From: Eledone cirrhosa
Taxonomy: Eukaryota
NCBI GenBank assembly: GCA_964016885.1
Contig: OZ024744.1
Span: 2,542,001 to 2,606,000 of the forward strand
Direction: 5' to 3'
DNA length: 64,000 bases
Position numbers and translations under genes: made by a program. Below the pieces are notes generated by a model that was not told the DNA's origin, made no database searches, and saw only the letters and a list, made by a program, of their open reading frames with translations. This document shows positions 37,701-52,700 of this stretch, piece after piece. Each line of letters opens with the position of its first letter. Within the stretch, counting starts at the first letter, position 1.

Positions 37701-40700
37701 GTGAAGAACGAAGTTTTGGGGGAAGACAATGTAGAGAAAGATAGCTTGGTGAAGAACGAAGTTTTGAGGGAAGACAAGGTAGAGAAAGATAGCTTGGTGA
37801 AGAACGAAGTTTTGAGGGAAGACAAGGTAGAGAAAGATAGCTTGGTGAAGAACGAAGTTTTGGGGGAAGACAAGGTAGAGAAAGATAGCTTGGTGAAGAA
37901 CGAAGTTTTGAGGGAAGACAAGGTAGAGAAAGATAGCTTGGTGAAGAACGAAGTTTTGGGGGAAGACAATGTAGAGAAAGATAGCTTGCTGAAGAACGAA
38001 ATTTTGAGGGACGACAAAGTAGAGAAAGATAGCTTGGTGAAGAACGAAGTTTTGGGGAAGACAAGGTAGAGAAAGATAGCTTGGTGAAGAACGAAGTTTT
38101 GGGGGAAGACAAGGTAGAGAAATATAGCTTGGTGAAGAACGAAGTTTTGAGGTAAGACAAGGTAGAGAAAGATAGCTTGGTGAAGAACGAAGTTTTGAGG
38201 GAAGTCAAGGTAGAGAAAGATAGCTTGGTGAAGAACGACGTTTTGGGGGTAGACAAGGTAGAGAAAGATAGCTTGGTGAAAACAACGTTTTGGGGGAAGA
38301 CAAGGTAGAGAAAGATAGCTTGGTGAAGAACGAAGTATTGAGGGAAGACTAGGTAGAGAAAGATAGTTGGTGAAGAACGAAGTTTTGAGGGAAGACAAGG
38401 TAGAGAAAGATAGCTTGGTGAAGAACGACGTTTTGAGGGAAGACAATGTAGAGAAAGATAGCTTGGTGAAGAACGACGTTTTGGGGGAAGAAAGGTAGAG
38501 AAAGATAGCTTGGTGAAGAACAAAGCTTTAGGGGAAGACAAGGTAGAGAAAGATAGCTTGGTGAAGAACGAAGTATTGAGGGAAGACTCGGTAGAGAAAG
38601 ATAGCTTGGTGAAGAACGAAGTTTTGAGGGAAGACAAGGTAGAGAAAGATAGCTTGGTGAAGAACGAGGTTTTGAGGGAAGACAAGGTAGAGAAAGATAG
38701 CTTGGTGAAGAACGACGTTTTGGGGGAAGAAAGGTAGAGAAAGATAGCTTGGTGAAGAACAAAGTTTTGGGGGAAGACAAGGTAGAGAAAGATAGCTTGG
38801 TGAAGAACGAAGTATTGAGGGAAGACTCGGTAGAGAAAGATAGCTTGGTGAAGAACGAAGTTTTGAGGGAAGACAAGGTAGAGAAAGATAGCTTGGTGAA
38901 GAACGAGGTTTTGAGGGAAGACAAGGTAGAGAAAGATAGCTTGGTGAAGAACGACGTTTTGAGGGAAGACAAGGTAGAGAAAGATAGCTTGGTGAAGAAC
39001 GACGTTTTGGGGGAAGAAAGGTAGAGAAAGATAGCTTGGTGAAGAACAAAGTTTTGGGGGAAGACAAGGTATAGAAAGATAGCTTGGTGAAGAACGAAGT
39101 ATTGAGGGAAGACTCGGTAGAGAAAGATAGCTTGGTGAAGAACGAAGTTTTGAGGGAAGACAAGGTAGAGAAAGATAGCTTGGTGAAGAACGAGGTTTTG
39201 AGGGAAGACAAGGTAGAGAAAGATAGCTTGGTGAAGAACGACGTTTTGGGGGAAGAAAGGTAGAGAAAGATAGCTTGGTGAAGAACAAAGTTTTGGGGGA
39301 AGACAAGGTAGAGAAAGATAGCTTGGTGAAGAACGAAGTATTGAGGGAAGACAAGGTAGAGAAAGATAGCTTGGTGAAGAACGAAGTTTTGAGGGAAGAC
39401 AAGGTAGAGAAAGATAGCTTGGTGAAGAACGAGGTTTTGAGGGAAGACAAGGTAGAGAAAGATAGCTTGGTGAAGAACGAAGTTTTGGGGGAAGACAAGG
39501 TAGAGAAAGATAGCTTGGTGAAGAACGAAGTTTTGAGGGAAGACAAGGTAGAGAAAGATAGCTTGGTGAAGAACGAAGTTTTGAGGGAAGACAAGGTAGA
39601 GAAAGATAGCTTGGTGAAGAACGAAGTTTTGGGGGAAGACAAGGTAGAGAAAGATAGCTTGGTGAAGAACGAAGTTTTGAGGGAAGACAAGGTAGAGAAA
39701 GATAGCTTGGTGAAGAACGAAGTTTTGAGGGACGACAAAGTAGAGAAAGATAGCTTGGTGAAGAACGAAGTTTTGGGGAAGACAAGGTAGAGAAAGATAG
39801 CTTGGTGAAGAACGAAGTTTTGGGGGAAGACAAGGTAGAGAAATATAGCTTGGTGAAGAACGAAGTTTTGAGGGAAGACAAGGTAGAGAAAGATAGCTTG
39901 GTGAAGAACGAAGTTTTGAGGGAAGTCAAGGTAGAGAAAGATAGCTTGGTGAAGAACGACGTTTTGAGGGAAGACAAGGTAGAGAAAGATAGCTTGGTGA
40001 AGAACGACGTTTTGGGGGAAGACAAGGTAGAGAAAGATAGCTTGGTGAAGAACAACGTTTTGGGGGAAGACAAGGAAGAGAAAGATAGCTTGGTGAAGAA
40101 CGAAGTATTGAGGGAAGACTCGGTAGAGAAAGATAGCTTGGTGAAGAACGAAGTTTTGAGGGAAGACAAGGTAGAGAAAGATAGCTTGGTGAAGAACGAG
40201 GTTTTGAGGGAAGACAAGGTAGAGCAAGATAGCCTTGTGAAGAACGACGTTTTGAGGGAAGACAAGGTAGAGAAAGATAGCTTGGTGAAGAACGAAGTTT
40301 TGGGGAAGACAAGGTAGAGAAAGATAGCTTGGTGAAGAACGAAGTTTTGAGGGAAGACAAGGTAGAGAAAGATAGCTTGGTGAAGAACGAGGTTTTGAGG
40401 GAAGACAAGGTAGAGAAAGATAGCTTGGTGAAGAACGACGTTTTGAGGGAAGACAAGGTAGAGAAAGATAGCTTGGTGAAGAACGACGTTTTGGGGGAAG
40501 AAAGGTAGAGAAAGATAGCTTGGTGAAGAACAAAGTTTTGGGGGAAGACAAGGTATAGAAAGATAGCTTGGTGAAGAACGAAGTATTGAGGGAAGACTCG
40601 GTAGAGAAAGATAGCTTGGTGAAGAACGAAGTTTTGAGGGAAGACAAGGTAGAGAAAGATAGCTTGGTGAAGAACGAGGTTTTGAGGGAAGACAAGGTAG

Positions 40701-43700
40701 AGAAAGATAGCTTGGTGAAGAACGACGTTTTGGGGGAAGAAGGGTAGAGAAAGATAGCTTGGTGAAGAACAAAGTTTTGGGGGAAGACAAGGTAGAGAAA
40801 GATAGCTTGGTGAAGAACGAAGTATTGAGGGAAGACTCGGTAGAGAAAGATAGCTTGGTGAAGAACGAAGTTTTGAGGGAAGACAAGGTAGAGATAGATA
40901 GCTTGGTGAAGAACGAGGTTTTGAGGGAAGACAAGGTAGAGAAAGATAGCTTGGTGAAGAACGAAGTTTTGGGGGAAGCTAATGTAGAGAAAGATAGCTT
41001 GGTGAAGAACGAAGTTTTGAGGGTAGACAAGGTAGAGAAAGATAGCTTGGTGAAGAACGAAGTTTTGAGGGAAGACAAGGTAGAGAAAGATAGCTTGGTG
41101 AAGAACGAAGTTTTGGGGGAAGACAAGGTAGAGAAAGATAGCTTGGTGAAGAACGAAGTTTTGAGGGAAGACAAGGTAGAGAAACATAGCTTGGTGAAGA
41201 ACGAAGTTTTGGGGGAAGACAATGTAGAGAAAGATAGCTTGGTGAAGAACGAAGTTTTGAGGGACGACAAAGTAGAGAAAGATAGCTTGGTGAAGAACGA
41301 AGTTTTGGGGAAGACAAGGTAGAGAAAGATAGCTTGGTGAAGAACGAAGTTTTGGGGGAAGACAAGGTAGAGAAATATAGCTTGGTGAAGAACGAAGTTT
41401 TGAGGGAAGACAAGGTAGAGAAAGATAGCTTGGTGAAGAACGAAGTTTTGAGGGAAGTCAAGGTAGAGAAAGATAGCTTGGTGAAGAACGACGTTTTGAG
41501 GGAAGACAAGGTAGAGAAAGATAGCTTGGTGAAGAACGACGTTTTGGGGGAAGACAAGGTAGAGAAAGATAGCTTGGTGAAGAACAACGTTTTGGGGGAA
41601 GACAAGGTAGAGAAAGATAGCTTGGTGAAGAACGAAGTATTGAGGGAAGACTAGCTAGAGAAAGATAGTTGGTGAAGAACGAAGTTTTGAGGGAAGACAA
41701 GGTAGAGAAAGATAGCTTGGTGAAGAACGACGTTTTGAGGGAAGACAAGGTAGAGAAAGATAGCTTGGTGAAGAGCGACGTTTTGGGGGAAGAAAGGCAG
41801 GGAAAGATAGCTTGGTGAAGAACAAAATTTTGGGGGAAGACAAGGTAGAGAAAGATAGCTTGGTGAAGAACGAAGTATTGAGGGAAGTCTCGGTAGAGAA
41901 AGATAGCTTGGTGAAGAACGAAGTTTTGAGGGAAGACAAGGTAGAGAAAGATAGCTTGGTGAAGAACGAGGTTTTGAGGGAAGACAAGGTAGAGAAAGAT
42001 AGCTTGGTGAAGAACGACGTTTTGGGGGAAGAAAGGTAGAGAAAGATAGCTTGGTGAAGAACAAAGTTTTGGGGGAAGACAAGGTAGAGAAAGATAGCTT
42101 GGTGAAGAACGAAGTATTGAGGGAAGACTCGGTAGAGAAAGATAGCTTGGTGAAGAACGAAGTTTTGAGGGAAGACAAGGTAGAGAAAGATAGCTTGGTG
42201 AAGAACGAGGTTTTGAGGGAAGACAAGGTAGAGAAAGATAGCTTGGTGAAGAACGAAGTTTTGGGGGAAGACAAGGTAGAGAAAGATAGCTTGGTGAAGA
42301 ACGAAGTATTGAGGGAAGACTCGGTAGAGAAAGATAGCTTGGTGAAGAACGAAGTTTTGAGGGAAGACAAGGTAGAGAAAGATAGCTTGGTGAAGAACGA
42401 GGTTTTGAGGGAAGACAAGGTAGAGAAAGATAGCTTGTTGAAGAACGACGTTTTGGGGGAAGAAAGGTAGAGAAAGATAGCTTGGTGAAGAACAATGTTT
42501 TGGGGGAAGACAAGGTAGAGAAAGATAGCTTGGTGAAGAACGAAGTATTGAGGGAAGACTCGGTAGAGAAAGATAGCTTGGTGAAGAACGAAGTTTTGAG
42601 GGAAGACAAGGTAGAGAAAGATAGCTTGGTGAAGAACGAGGTTTTGAGGGAAGACAAGGTAGAGAAAGATAGCTTGGTGAAGAACGACGTTTTGAGGGAA
42701 GACAAGGTAGAGAAAGATAGCTTGGTGAAGAACGACGTTTTGGGGGAAGAAAGTTAGAGAAAGATAGCTTGGTGAAGAACAAAGTTTTGGGGGAAGACAA
42801 GGTATAGAAAGATAGCTTGGTGAAGAACGAAGTATTGAGGGAAGACTCGGTCGAGAAAGATAGCTTGGTGAAGAACGAAGTTTTGAGGGAAGACAAGGTA
42901 GAGAAAGATAGCTTGGTGAAGAACGAGGTTTTGAGGGAAGACAAGGTAGAGAAAGATAGCTTGGTGAAGAACGACGTTTTGGGGGAAGAAAGGTAGAGAA
43001 AGATAGCTTGGTGAAGAACAAAGTTTTGGGGGAAGACAAGGTAGAGAAAGATAGCTTGGTGAAGAACGAAGTATTGAGGGAAGACAAGGTAGAGAAAGAT
43101 AGCTTGGTGAAGAACGAAGTTTTGAGGGAAGACAAGGTAGAGAAAGATAGCTTGGTGAAGAACGAGGTTTTCAGGGAAGACAAGGTAGAGAAAGATAGCT
43201 TGGTGAAGAACTAAGTTTTGGGGGAAGACAAGGTAGAGAAAGATAGCTTGGTGAAGAACGAAGTTTTGAGGGAAGACAAGGTAGAGAAAGATAGCTTGGT
43301 GAAGAACGAAGTTTTGGGGGAAGACAAGGTAGAGAAAGATAGCTTGGTGAAGAACGAAGTTTTGAGGGAAGACAAGGTAGAGAAAGATAGCTTGGTGAAG
43401 AACGAAGTTTTGGGGGAAGACAATGTAGAGAAAGATAGCTTGGTGAAGAACGAAGTTTTGAGGGACGACAAAGTAGAGAAAGATAGTTGGTGAAGAACGA
43501 AGTTTTGGGGAAGACAAGGTAGAGAAATATAGCTTGGTGAAGAACGAAGTTTTGGGGGAAGACAAGGTAGAGAAATATAGCTTGGTGAAGAACGAAGTTT
43601 TGAGGGAAGACAAGGTAGAGAAAGATAGCTTGGTGAAGAACGAAGTTTTGAGGGAAGTCAAGGTAGAGAAAGATAGCTTGGTGAAGAACGACGTTTTGAG

Positions 43701-46700
43701 GGAAGACAAGGTAGAGAAAGATAGCTTGGTGAAGAACGACGTTTTGGGGGAAGACAAGGTAGAGAAAGATAGCTTGGTGAAGAACAACGTTTTGGGGGAA
43801 GACAAGGAAGAGAAAGATAGCTTGGTGAAGAACGATGTATTGAGGGAAGACTCGGTAGAGAAAGATAGCTTGGTGAAGAACGAAGTTTTGAGGGAAGACA
43901 AGGTAGAGAAAGATAGCTTGGTGAAGAACGAGGTTTTGAGGGAAGACAAGGTAGAGAAAGATAGCTTGGTGAAGAACGACGTTTTGAGGGAAGACAAGGT
44001 AGGGAAAGATAGCTTGGTGAAGAACGAAGTTTTGGGGAAGACAAGGTAGAGAAAGATAGCTTGGTGAAGAACGAAGTTTTGGGGGAAGACAAGGTAGAGA
44101 AAGATAGCTTGGTGAAGAACGAGGTTTTGAGGGAAGACAAGGTAGAGAAAGATAGCTTGGTGAAGAACGACGTTTTGAGGGAAGACAAGGTAGAGAAAGA
44201 TAGCTTGGTGAAGAACGACGTTTTGGGGGAAGAAAGGTAGAGAAAGATAGCTTGGTGAAGAACAAAGTTTTGGGGGAAGACAAGGTATAGAAAGATAGCT
44301 TGGTGAAGAACGAAGTATTGAGGGAAGACTCGGTAGAGAAAGATAGCTTGGTGAAGAACGAAGTTTTGAGGGAAGACAAGGTAGAGAAAGATAGCTTGGT
44401 GAAGAACGAGGTTTTGAGGGAAGACAAGGTAGAGAAAGATAGCTTGGTGAAGAACGACGTTTTGGGGGAAGAAGGGTAGAGAAAGATAGCTTGGTGAAGA
44501 ACAAAGTTTTGGGGGAAGACAAGGTAGAGAAAGATAGCTTGGTGAAGAACAAAGTTTTGGGGGAAGACAAGGTAGAGAAAGATAGCTTGGTGAAGAACGA
44601 AGTATTGAGGGAAGACTCGGTAGAGAAAGATAGCTTGGTGAAGAACGAAGTTTTGAGGGAAGACAAGGTAGAGAAAGATAGCTTGGTGAAGAACGAGGTT
44701 TTGAGGGAAGACAAGGTAGAGAAAGATAGCTTGGTGAAGAACGAAGTTTTGGGGGAAGACAAGGTAGAGAAAGATAGCTTGGTGAAGAACGAAGTATTGA
44801 GGGAAGACTCGGTAGAGAAAGATAGCTTGGTGAAGAACGAAGTTTTGAGGGAAGACAAGGTAGAGAAAGATAGCTTGGTGAAGAACGAGGTTTTGAGGGA
44901 AGACAAGGTAGAGAAAGATAGCTTGTTGAAGAACGACGTTTTGGGGGAAGAAAGGTAGAGAAAGATAGCTTGGTGAAGAACAATGTTTTGGGGGAAGACA
45001 AGGTAGAGAAAGATAGCTTGGTGAAGAACGAAGTATTGAGGGAAGACTCGGTAGAGAAAGATAGCTTGGTGAAGAACGAAGTTTTGAGGGAAGACAAGGT
45101 AGAGAAAGATAGCTTGGTGAAGAACGAGGTTTTGAGGGAAGACAAGGTAGAGAAAGATAGCTTGGTGAAGAACGACGTTTTGAGGGAAGACAAGGTAGAG
45201 AAAGATAGCTTGGTGAAGAACGACGTTTTGGGGGAAGAAAGTTAGAGAAAGATAGCTTGGTGAAGAACAAAGTTTTGGGGGAAGACAAGGTATAGAAAGA
45301 TAGCTTGGTGAAGAACGAAGTATTGAGGGAAGACTCGGTCGAGAAAGATAGCTTGGTGAAGAACGAAGTTTTGAGGGAAGACAAGGTAGAGAAAGATAGC
45401 TTGGTGAAGAACGAGGTTTTGAGGGAAGACAAGGTAGAGAAAGATAGCTTGGTGAAGAACGACGTTTTGGGGGAAGAAAGGTAGAGAAAGATAGCTTGGT
45501 GAAGAACAAAGTTTTGGGGGAAGACAAGGTAGAGAAAGATAGCTTGGTGAAGAACGAAGTATTGAGGGAAGACAAGGTAGAGAAAGATAGCTTGGTGAAG
45601 AACGAAGTTTTGAGGGAAGACAAGGTAGAGAAAGATAGCTTGGTGAAGAACGAGGTTTTCAGGGAAGACAAGGTAGAGAAAGATAGCTTGGTGAAGAACT
45701 AAGTTTTGGGGGAAGACAAGGTAGAGAAAGATAGCTTGGTGAAGAACGAAGTTTTGAGGGAAGACAAGGTAGAGAAAGATAGCTTGGTGAAGAACGAAGT
45801 TTTGGGGGAAGACAAGGTAGAGAAAGATAGCTTGGTGAAGAACGAAGTTTTGAGGGAAGACAAGGTAGAGAAAGATAGCTTGGTGAAGAACGAAGTTTTG
45901 GGGGAAGACAATGTAGAGAAAGATAGCTTGGTGAAGAACGAAGTTTTGAGGGACGACAAAGTAGAGAAAGATAGTTGGTGAAGAACGAAGTTTTGGGGAA
46001 GACAAGGTAGAGAAATATAGCTTGGTGAAGAACGAAGTTTTGGGGGAAGACAAGGTAGAGAAATATAGCTTGGTGAAGAACGAAGTTTTGAGGGAAGACA
46101 AGGTAGAGAAAGATAGCTTGGTGAAGAACGAAGTTTTGAGGGAAGTCAAGGTAGAGAAAGATAGCTTGGTGAAGAACGACGTTTTGAGGGAAGACAAGGT
46201 AGAGAAAGATAGCTTGGTGAAGAACGACGTTTTGGGGGAAGACAAGGTAGAGAAAGATAGCTTGGTGAAGAACAACGTTTTGGGGGAAGACAAGGAAGAG
46301 AAAGATAGCTTGGTGAAGAACGATGTATTGAGGGAAGACTCGGTAGAGAAAGATAGCTTGGTGAAGAACGAAGTTTTGAGGGAAGACAAGGTAGAGAAAG
46401 ATAGCTTGGTGAAGAACGAGGTTTTGAGGGAAGACAAGGTAGAGAAAGATAGCTTGGTGAAGAACGACGTTTTGAGGGAAGACAAGGTAGGGAAAGATAG
46501 CTTGGTGAAGAACGAAGTTTTGGGGAAGACAAGGTAGAGAAAGATAGCTTGGTGAAGAACGAAGTTTTGAGGGAAGACAAGGTAGAGAAAGATAGCTTGG
46601 TGAAGAACGAGGTTTTGAGGGAAGACAAGGTAGAGAAAGATAGCTTGGTGAAGAACGACGTTTTGAGGGAAGACAAGGTAGAGAAAGATAGCTTGGTGAA

Positions 46701-49700
46701 GAACGACGTTTTGGGGGAAGAAAGGTAGAGAAAGATAGCTTGGTGAAGAACAAAGTTTTGGGGGAAGACAAGGTATAGAAAGATAGCTTGGTGAAGAACG
46801 AAGTATTGAGGGAAGACTCGGTAGAGAAAGATAGCTTGGTGAAGAACGAAGTTTTGAGGGAAGACAAGGTAGAGAAAGATAGCTTGGTGAAGAACGAGGT
46901 TTTGAGGGAAGACAAGGTAGAGAAAGATAGCTTGGTGAAGAACGACGTTTTGGGGGAAGAAGGGTAGAGAAAGATAGCTTGGTGAAGAACAAAGTTTTGG
47001 GGGAAGACAAGGTAGAGAAAGATAGCTTGGTGAAGAACGAAGTATTGAGGGAAGACTCGGTAGAGAAAGATAGCTTGGTGAAGAACGAAGTTTTGAGGGA
47101 AGACAAGGTAGAGATAGATAGCTTGGTGAAGAACGAGGTTTTGAGGGAAGACAAGGTAGAGAAAGATAGCTTGGTGAAGAACGAAGTTTTGAGGGAAGAC
47201 AAGGTAGAGAAAGATAGCTTGGTGAAGAACGAAGTTTTGAGGGAAGACAAGGTAGAGAAAGATAGCTTGGTGAAGAACGAAGTTTTGAGGGAAGACAAGG
47301 TAGAGAAAGATAGCTTGGTGACGAACGAAGTTTTGGGGGAAGACAAGGTAGAGAAAGATAGCTTGGTGAAGAACGAAGTTTTGAGGGAAGACAAGGTAGA
47401 GAAACATAGCTTGGTGAAGAACGAAGTTTTGGGGGAAGACAATGTAGAGAAAGATAGCTTGGTGAAGAACGAAGTTTTGGGGAAGACAAGGTAGAGAAAG
47501 ATAGCTTGGTGAAGAACGAAGTTTTGAGGGAAGTCAAGGTAGAGAAAGATAGCTTGGTGAAGAACGACGTTTTGAGGGAAGACAAGGTAGAGAAAGATAG
47601 CTTGGTGAAGAACGACGTTTTGGGGGAAGACAAGGTAGAGAAAGATAGCTTGGTGAAGAACAACGTTTTGGGGGAAGACAAGGTAGAGAAAGATAGCTTG
47701 GTGAAGAACGAAGTATTGAGGGAAGACTAGCTAGAGAAAGATAGTTGGTGAAGAACGAAGTTTTGAGGGAAGACAAGGTAGAGAAAGATAGCTTGGTGAA
47801 GAACGACGTTTTGAGGGAAGACAAGGTAGAGAAAGATAGCTTGGTGAAGAGCGACGTTTTGGGGGAAGAAAGGCAGGGAAAGATAGCTTGGTGAAGAACA
47901 AAATTTTGGGGGAAGACAAGGTAGAGAAAGATAGCTTGGTGAAGAACGAAGTATTGAGGGAAGTCTCGGTAGAGAAAGATAGCTTGGTGAAGAACGAAGT
48001 TTTGGGGGAAGACAAGGTAGAGAAAGATAGCTTGGTGAAGAACGAGGTTTTGAGGGAAGACAAGGTAGAGAAAGATAGCTTGGTGAAGAACGACGTTTTG
48101 GGGGAAGAAAGGTAGAGAAAGATAGCTTGGTGAAGAACAAAGTTTTGGGGGAAGACAAGGTAGAGAAAGATAGCTTGGTGAAGAACGAAGTATTGAGGGA
48201 AGACTCGGTAGAGAAAGATAGCTTGGTGAAGAACGAAGTTTTGAGGGAAGACAAGGTAGAGAAAGATAGCTTGGTGAAGAACGAGGTTTTGAGGGAAGAC
48301 AAGGTAGAGAAAGATAGCTTGGTGAAGAACGAAGTTTTGGGGGAAGACAAGGTAGAGAAAGATAGCTTCGTGAAGAACGAAGTTTTGAGGGAAGACAAGG
48401 TAGAGAAAGATAGCTTGGTGAAGAACGAAGTTTTGGGGGAAGACAATGTAGAGAAAGATAGATTGCTGAAGAACGAAGTTTTGAGGGACGACAAAGTAGA
48501 GAAAGATAGCTTGGTGAAGAACGAAGTTTTGGGGAAGACAAGGTAGAGAAAGATAGCTTGGTAAAGAACGAAGTTTTGGGGGAAGACAAGGTAGAGAAAT
48601 ATAGCTTGGTGAAGAACGAAGTTTTGAGGGAAGACAAGGTAGAGAAAGATAGCTTGGTGAAGAACGAAGTTTTGAGGGAAGTCAAGGTAGAGAAAGATAG
48701 CTTGGGGAAGAACGAAGTATTGAGGGAAGACTAGGTAGAGAAAGATAGTTGGTGAAGAACGAAGTTTTGAGGGAAGACAAGGTAGAGAAAGATAGCTTGG
48801 TGAAGAACGACGTTTTGAGGGAAGACAAGGTAGAGAATGATAGCTTGGTGAAGAACGAAGTTTTGGGGGAAGACAAGGTAGAGAAAGATAGCTTGGTGAA
48901 GAACGAAATTTTGAGGGAAGACAAGGTAGAGAAAGATAGCTTGGTGAAGAACGAAGAATTGAGGGAAGACAAGGTAGAGAAAGATAGCTTGGTGAAGAAC
49001 GAAGTTTTGGGGGAAGACAAGGTAGAGAAAGATAGCTTGGTGAAGAACGAAGTTTTGAGGGAAGACAAGGTAGAGAAAGATAGCTTGGTGAAGAACGAAG
49101 TTTTGGTGGAAGACAATGTAGAGAACGATAGCTTGCTGAAGAACGAAGTTTTGAGGGACGACAAAGTAGAGAAAGATAGCTTGGTGAAGAACGAAGCTTT
49201 GGGGAAGACAATGTAGAGAAAGATATCTTGGTGAAGAACGAAGTTTTGGGGGAAGACAAGGTAGAGAAATATAGCTTGGTGAAGAACGAAGTTTTGAGGG
49301 AAGACAAGGTAGAGAAAGATAGCTTGGTGAAGAACGAAGTTTTGAGGGAAGTCAATGTAGAGAAAGATAGCTTGGTGAAGAACGACGTTTTGAGGGAAGA
49401 CAAGGTAGAGAAAGATAGCATGGTGAAGAACGACGTTTTGGGGGAAGACAAGGTAGAGAAAGATAGCTTGGTGAAGAACAACGTTTTGGGGGAAGACAAG
49501 GTAGAGAAAGATAGCTTGGTGAAGAACGAAGTATTGAGGGAAGACTAGGTAGAGAAAGATAGTTGGTGATGAACGAAGTTTTGAGGGAAGACAAGGTAGA
49601 GAAAGATAGCTTGGTGAAGAACGACGTTTTGAGGGAAGACAAGGTAGAGAAAGATAGCTTGGTGAAGAACGACGTTTTGAGGGAAGACAAGGTAGAGAAA

Positions 49701-52700
49701 GATAGCTTGGTGAAGAACGAAGTTTTGGGGAAGACAATGTAGAGAAAGATAGCTTGGTGAAGAACGAAGTTTTGGGGGAAGACGAGGTAGAGAAAGATAG
49801 CTTGGTGAAGAACTAAGTTTTGGGAGAAGACAAGGTAGAGAAAGATAGCTTGGTGAAGAACGAAGTTTTGAGGGAAGACAAGGTAGAGAAAGATAGCTTG
49901 GTGAAGAACGACGTTTTGAGGGAAGACAAGGTAGAGAAAGATAGCTTGGTGAAGAACGACGTTTTGTGGGAAGACAAGGTAGAGAAAGATAGCTTGGTGA
50001 AGAACGAAGTTTTGGGGGAAGACAAGGTAGAGAAAGATAGCTTGGTGAATAACGAAGTTTTGGGAGAAGACAAGGTCGAGAAAGATAGCTTGGTGAAGAA
50101 CGAAATTTTGAGGGAAGACAAGGTAGAGAAAGATAGCTTGGTGAAGAACGACGTTTTGTGGGAAGACAAGATAGAGAAAGATTGCTTGGTGAAGAACGAC
50201 GTTTTGTGGGAAGACAAGGTAGAGAAAGATAGCTTGGTGAAGAACGAAGTTTTGAGGGAAGACAAGGTAGAGAAAGATAGCTTGGTGAAGAACGAAGTAT
50301 TGAGGGAAGACTCGGTAGAGAAAGATAGCTTGGTGAAGAACGAAGTTTTGAGGGAAGACAAGGTAGAGAAAGATAGCTTGGTGAAGAACGAGGTTTTGAG
50401 GGAAGACAAGGTAGAGAAAGATAGCTTGTTGAAGAACGACGTTTTGGGGGAAGAAAGGTAGAGAAAGATAGCTTGGTGAAGAACAATGTTTTGGGGGAAG
50501 ACAAGGTAGAGAAAGATAGCTTGGTGAAGAACGAAGTATTGAGGGAAGACTCGGTAGAGAAAGATAGCTTGGTGAAGAACGAAGTTTTGAGGGAAGACAA
50601 GGTAGAGAAAGATAGCTTGGTGAAGAACGAGGTTTTGAGGGAAGACAAGGTAGAGAAAGATAGCTTGGTGAAGAACGACGTTTTGAGGGAAGACAAGGTA
50701 GAGAAAGATAGCTTGGTGAAGAACGACGTTTTGGGGGAAGAAAGGCAGGGAAAGATAGCTTGGTGAAGAACAAAATTTTGGGGGAAGACAAGGTAGAGAA
50801 AGATAGCTTGGTGAAGAACGAAGTATTGAGGGAAGTCTCGGTAGAGAAAGATAGCTTGGTGAAGAACGAAGTTTTGAGGGAAGACAAGGTAGAGAAAGAT
50901 AGCTTGGTGAAGAACGAGGTTTTGAGGGAAGACAAGGTAGAGAAAGATAGCTTGGTGAAGAACGACGTTTTGGGGGAAGAAAGGTAGAGAAAGATAGCTT
51001 GGTGAAGAACAAAGTTTTGGGGGAAGACAAGGTAGAGAAAGATAGCTTGGTGAAGAACGAAGTATTGAGGGAAGACTCGGTAGAGAAAGATAGCTTGGTG
51101 AAGAACGAAGTTTTGAGGGAAGACAAGGTAGAGAAAGATAGCTTGGTGAAGAACGAGGTTTTGAGGGAAGACAAGGTAGAGAAAGATAGCTTGGTGAAGA
51201 ACGAAGTTTTGGGGGAAGACAAGGTAGAGAAAGATAGATTGCTGAAGAACGAAGTTTTGAGGGACGACAAAGTAGAGAAAGATAGCTTGGTGAAGAACGA
51301 AGTTTTGGGGAAGACAAGGTAGAGAAAGATAGCTTGGTAAAGAACGAAGTTTTGGGGGAAGACAAGGTAGAGAAATATAGCTTGGTGAAGAACGAAGTTT
51401 TGAGGGAAGACAAGGTAGAGAAAGATAGCTTGGTGAAGAACGAAGTTTTGAGGGAAGTCAAGGTAGAGAAAGATAGCTTGGTGAAGAACGAAGTATTGAG
51501 GGAAGACTAGGTAGAGAAAGATAGTTGGTGAAGAACGAAGTTTTGAGGGAAGACAAGGTAGAGAAAGATAGCTTGGTGAAGAACGACGTTTTGAGGGAAG
51601 ACAAGGTAGAGAATGATAGCTTGGTGAAGAACGAAGTTTTGGGGGAAGACAAGGTAGAGAAAGATAGCTTGGTGAAGAACGAAATTTTGAGGGAAGACAA
51701 GGTAGAGAAAGATAGCTTGGTGAAGAACGAAGAATTGAGGGAAGACAAGGTAGAGAAAGATAGCTTGGTGAAGAACGAAGTTTTGGGGGAAGACAAGGTA
51801 GAGAAAGATAGCTTGGTGAAGAACGAAGTTTTGAGGGAAGACAAGGTAGAGAAAGATAGCTTGGTGAAGAACGAAGTTTTGGTGGAAGACAATGTAGAGA
51901 ACGATAGCTTGCTGAAGAACGAAGTTTTGAGGGACGACAAAGTAGAGAAAGATAGCTTGGTGAAGAACGAAGCTTTGGGGAAGACAATGTAGAGAAAGAT
52001 ATCTTGGTGAAGAACGAAGTTTTGGGGGAAGACAAGGTAGAGAAATATAGCTTGGTGAAGAACGAAGTTTTGAGGGAAGACAAGGTAGAGAAAGATAGCT
52101 TGGTGAAGAACGAAGTTTTGAGGGAAGTCAATGTAGAGAAAGATAGCTTGGTGAAGAACGACGTTTTGAGGGAAGACAAGGTAGAGAAAGATAGCATGGT
52201 GAAGAACGACGTTTTGGGGGAAGACAAGGTAGAGAAAGATAGCTTGGTGAAGAACAACGTTTTGGGGGAAGACAAGGTAGAGAAAGATAGCTTGGTGAAG
52301 AACGAAGTATTGAGGGAAGACTAGGTAGAGAAAGATAGTTGGTGAAGAACGAAGTTTTGAGGGAAGACAAGGTAGAGAAAGATAGCTTGGTGAAGAACGA
52401 CGTTTTGAGGGAAGACAAGGTAGAGAAAGATAGCTTGGTGAAGAACGACGTTTTGAGGGAAGACAAGGTAGAGAAAGATAGCTTGGTGAAGAACGAAGTT
52501 TTGGGGAAGACAATGTAGAGAAAGATAGCTTGGTGAAGAACGAAGTTTTGGGGGAAGACGAGGTAGAGAAAGATAGCTTGGTGAAGAACTAAGTTTTGGG
52601 AGAAGACAAGGTAGAGAAAGATAGCTTGGTGAAGAACGAAGTTTTGAGGGAAGACAAGGTAGAGAAAGATAGCTTGGTGAAGAACGACGTTTTGAGGGAA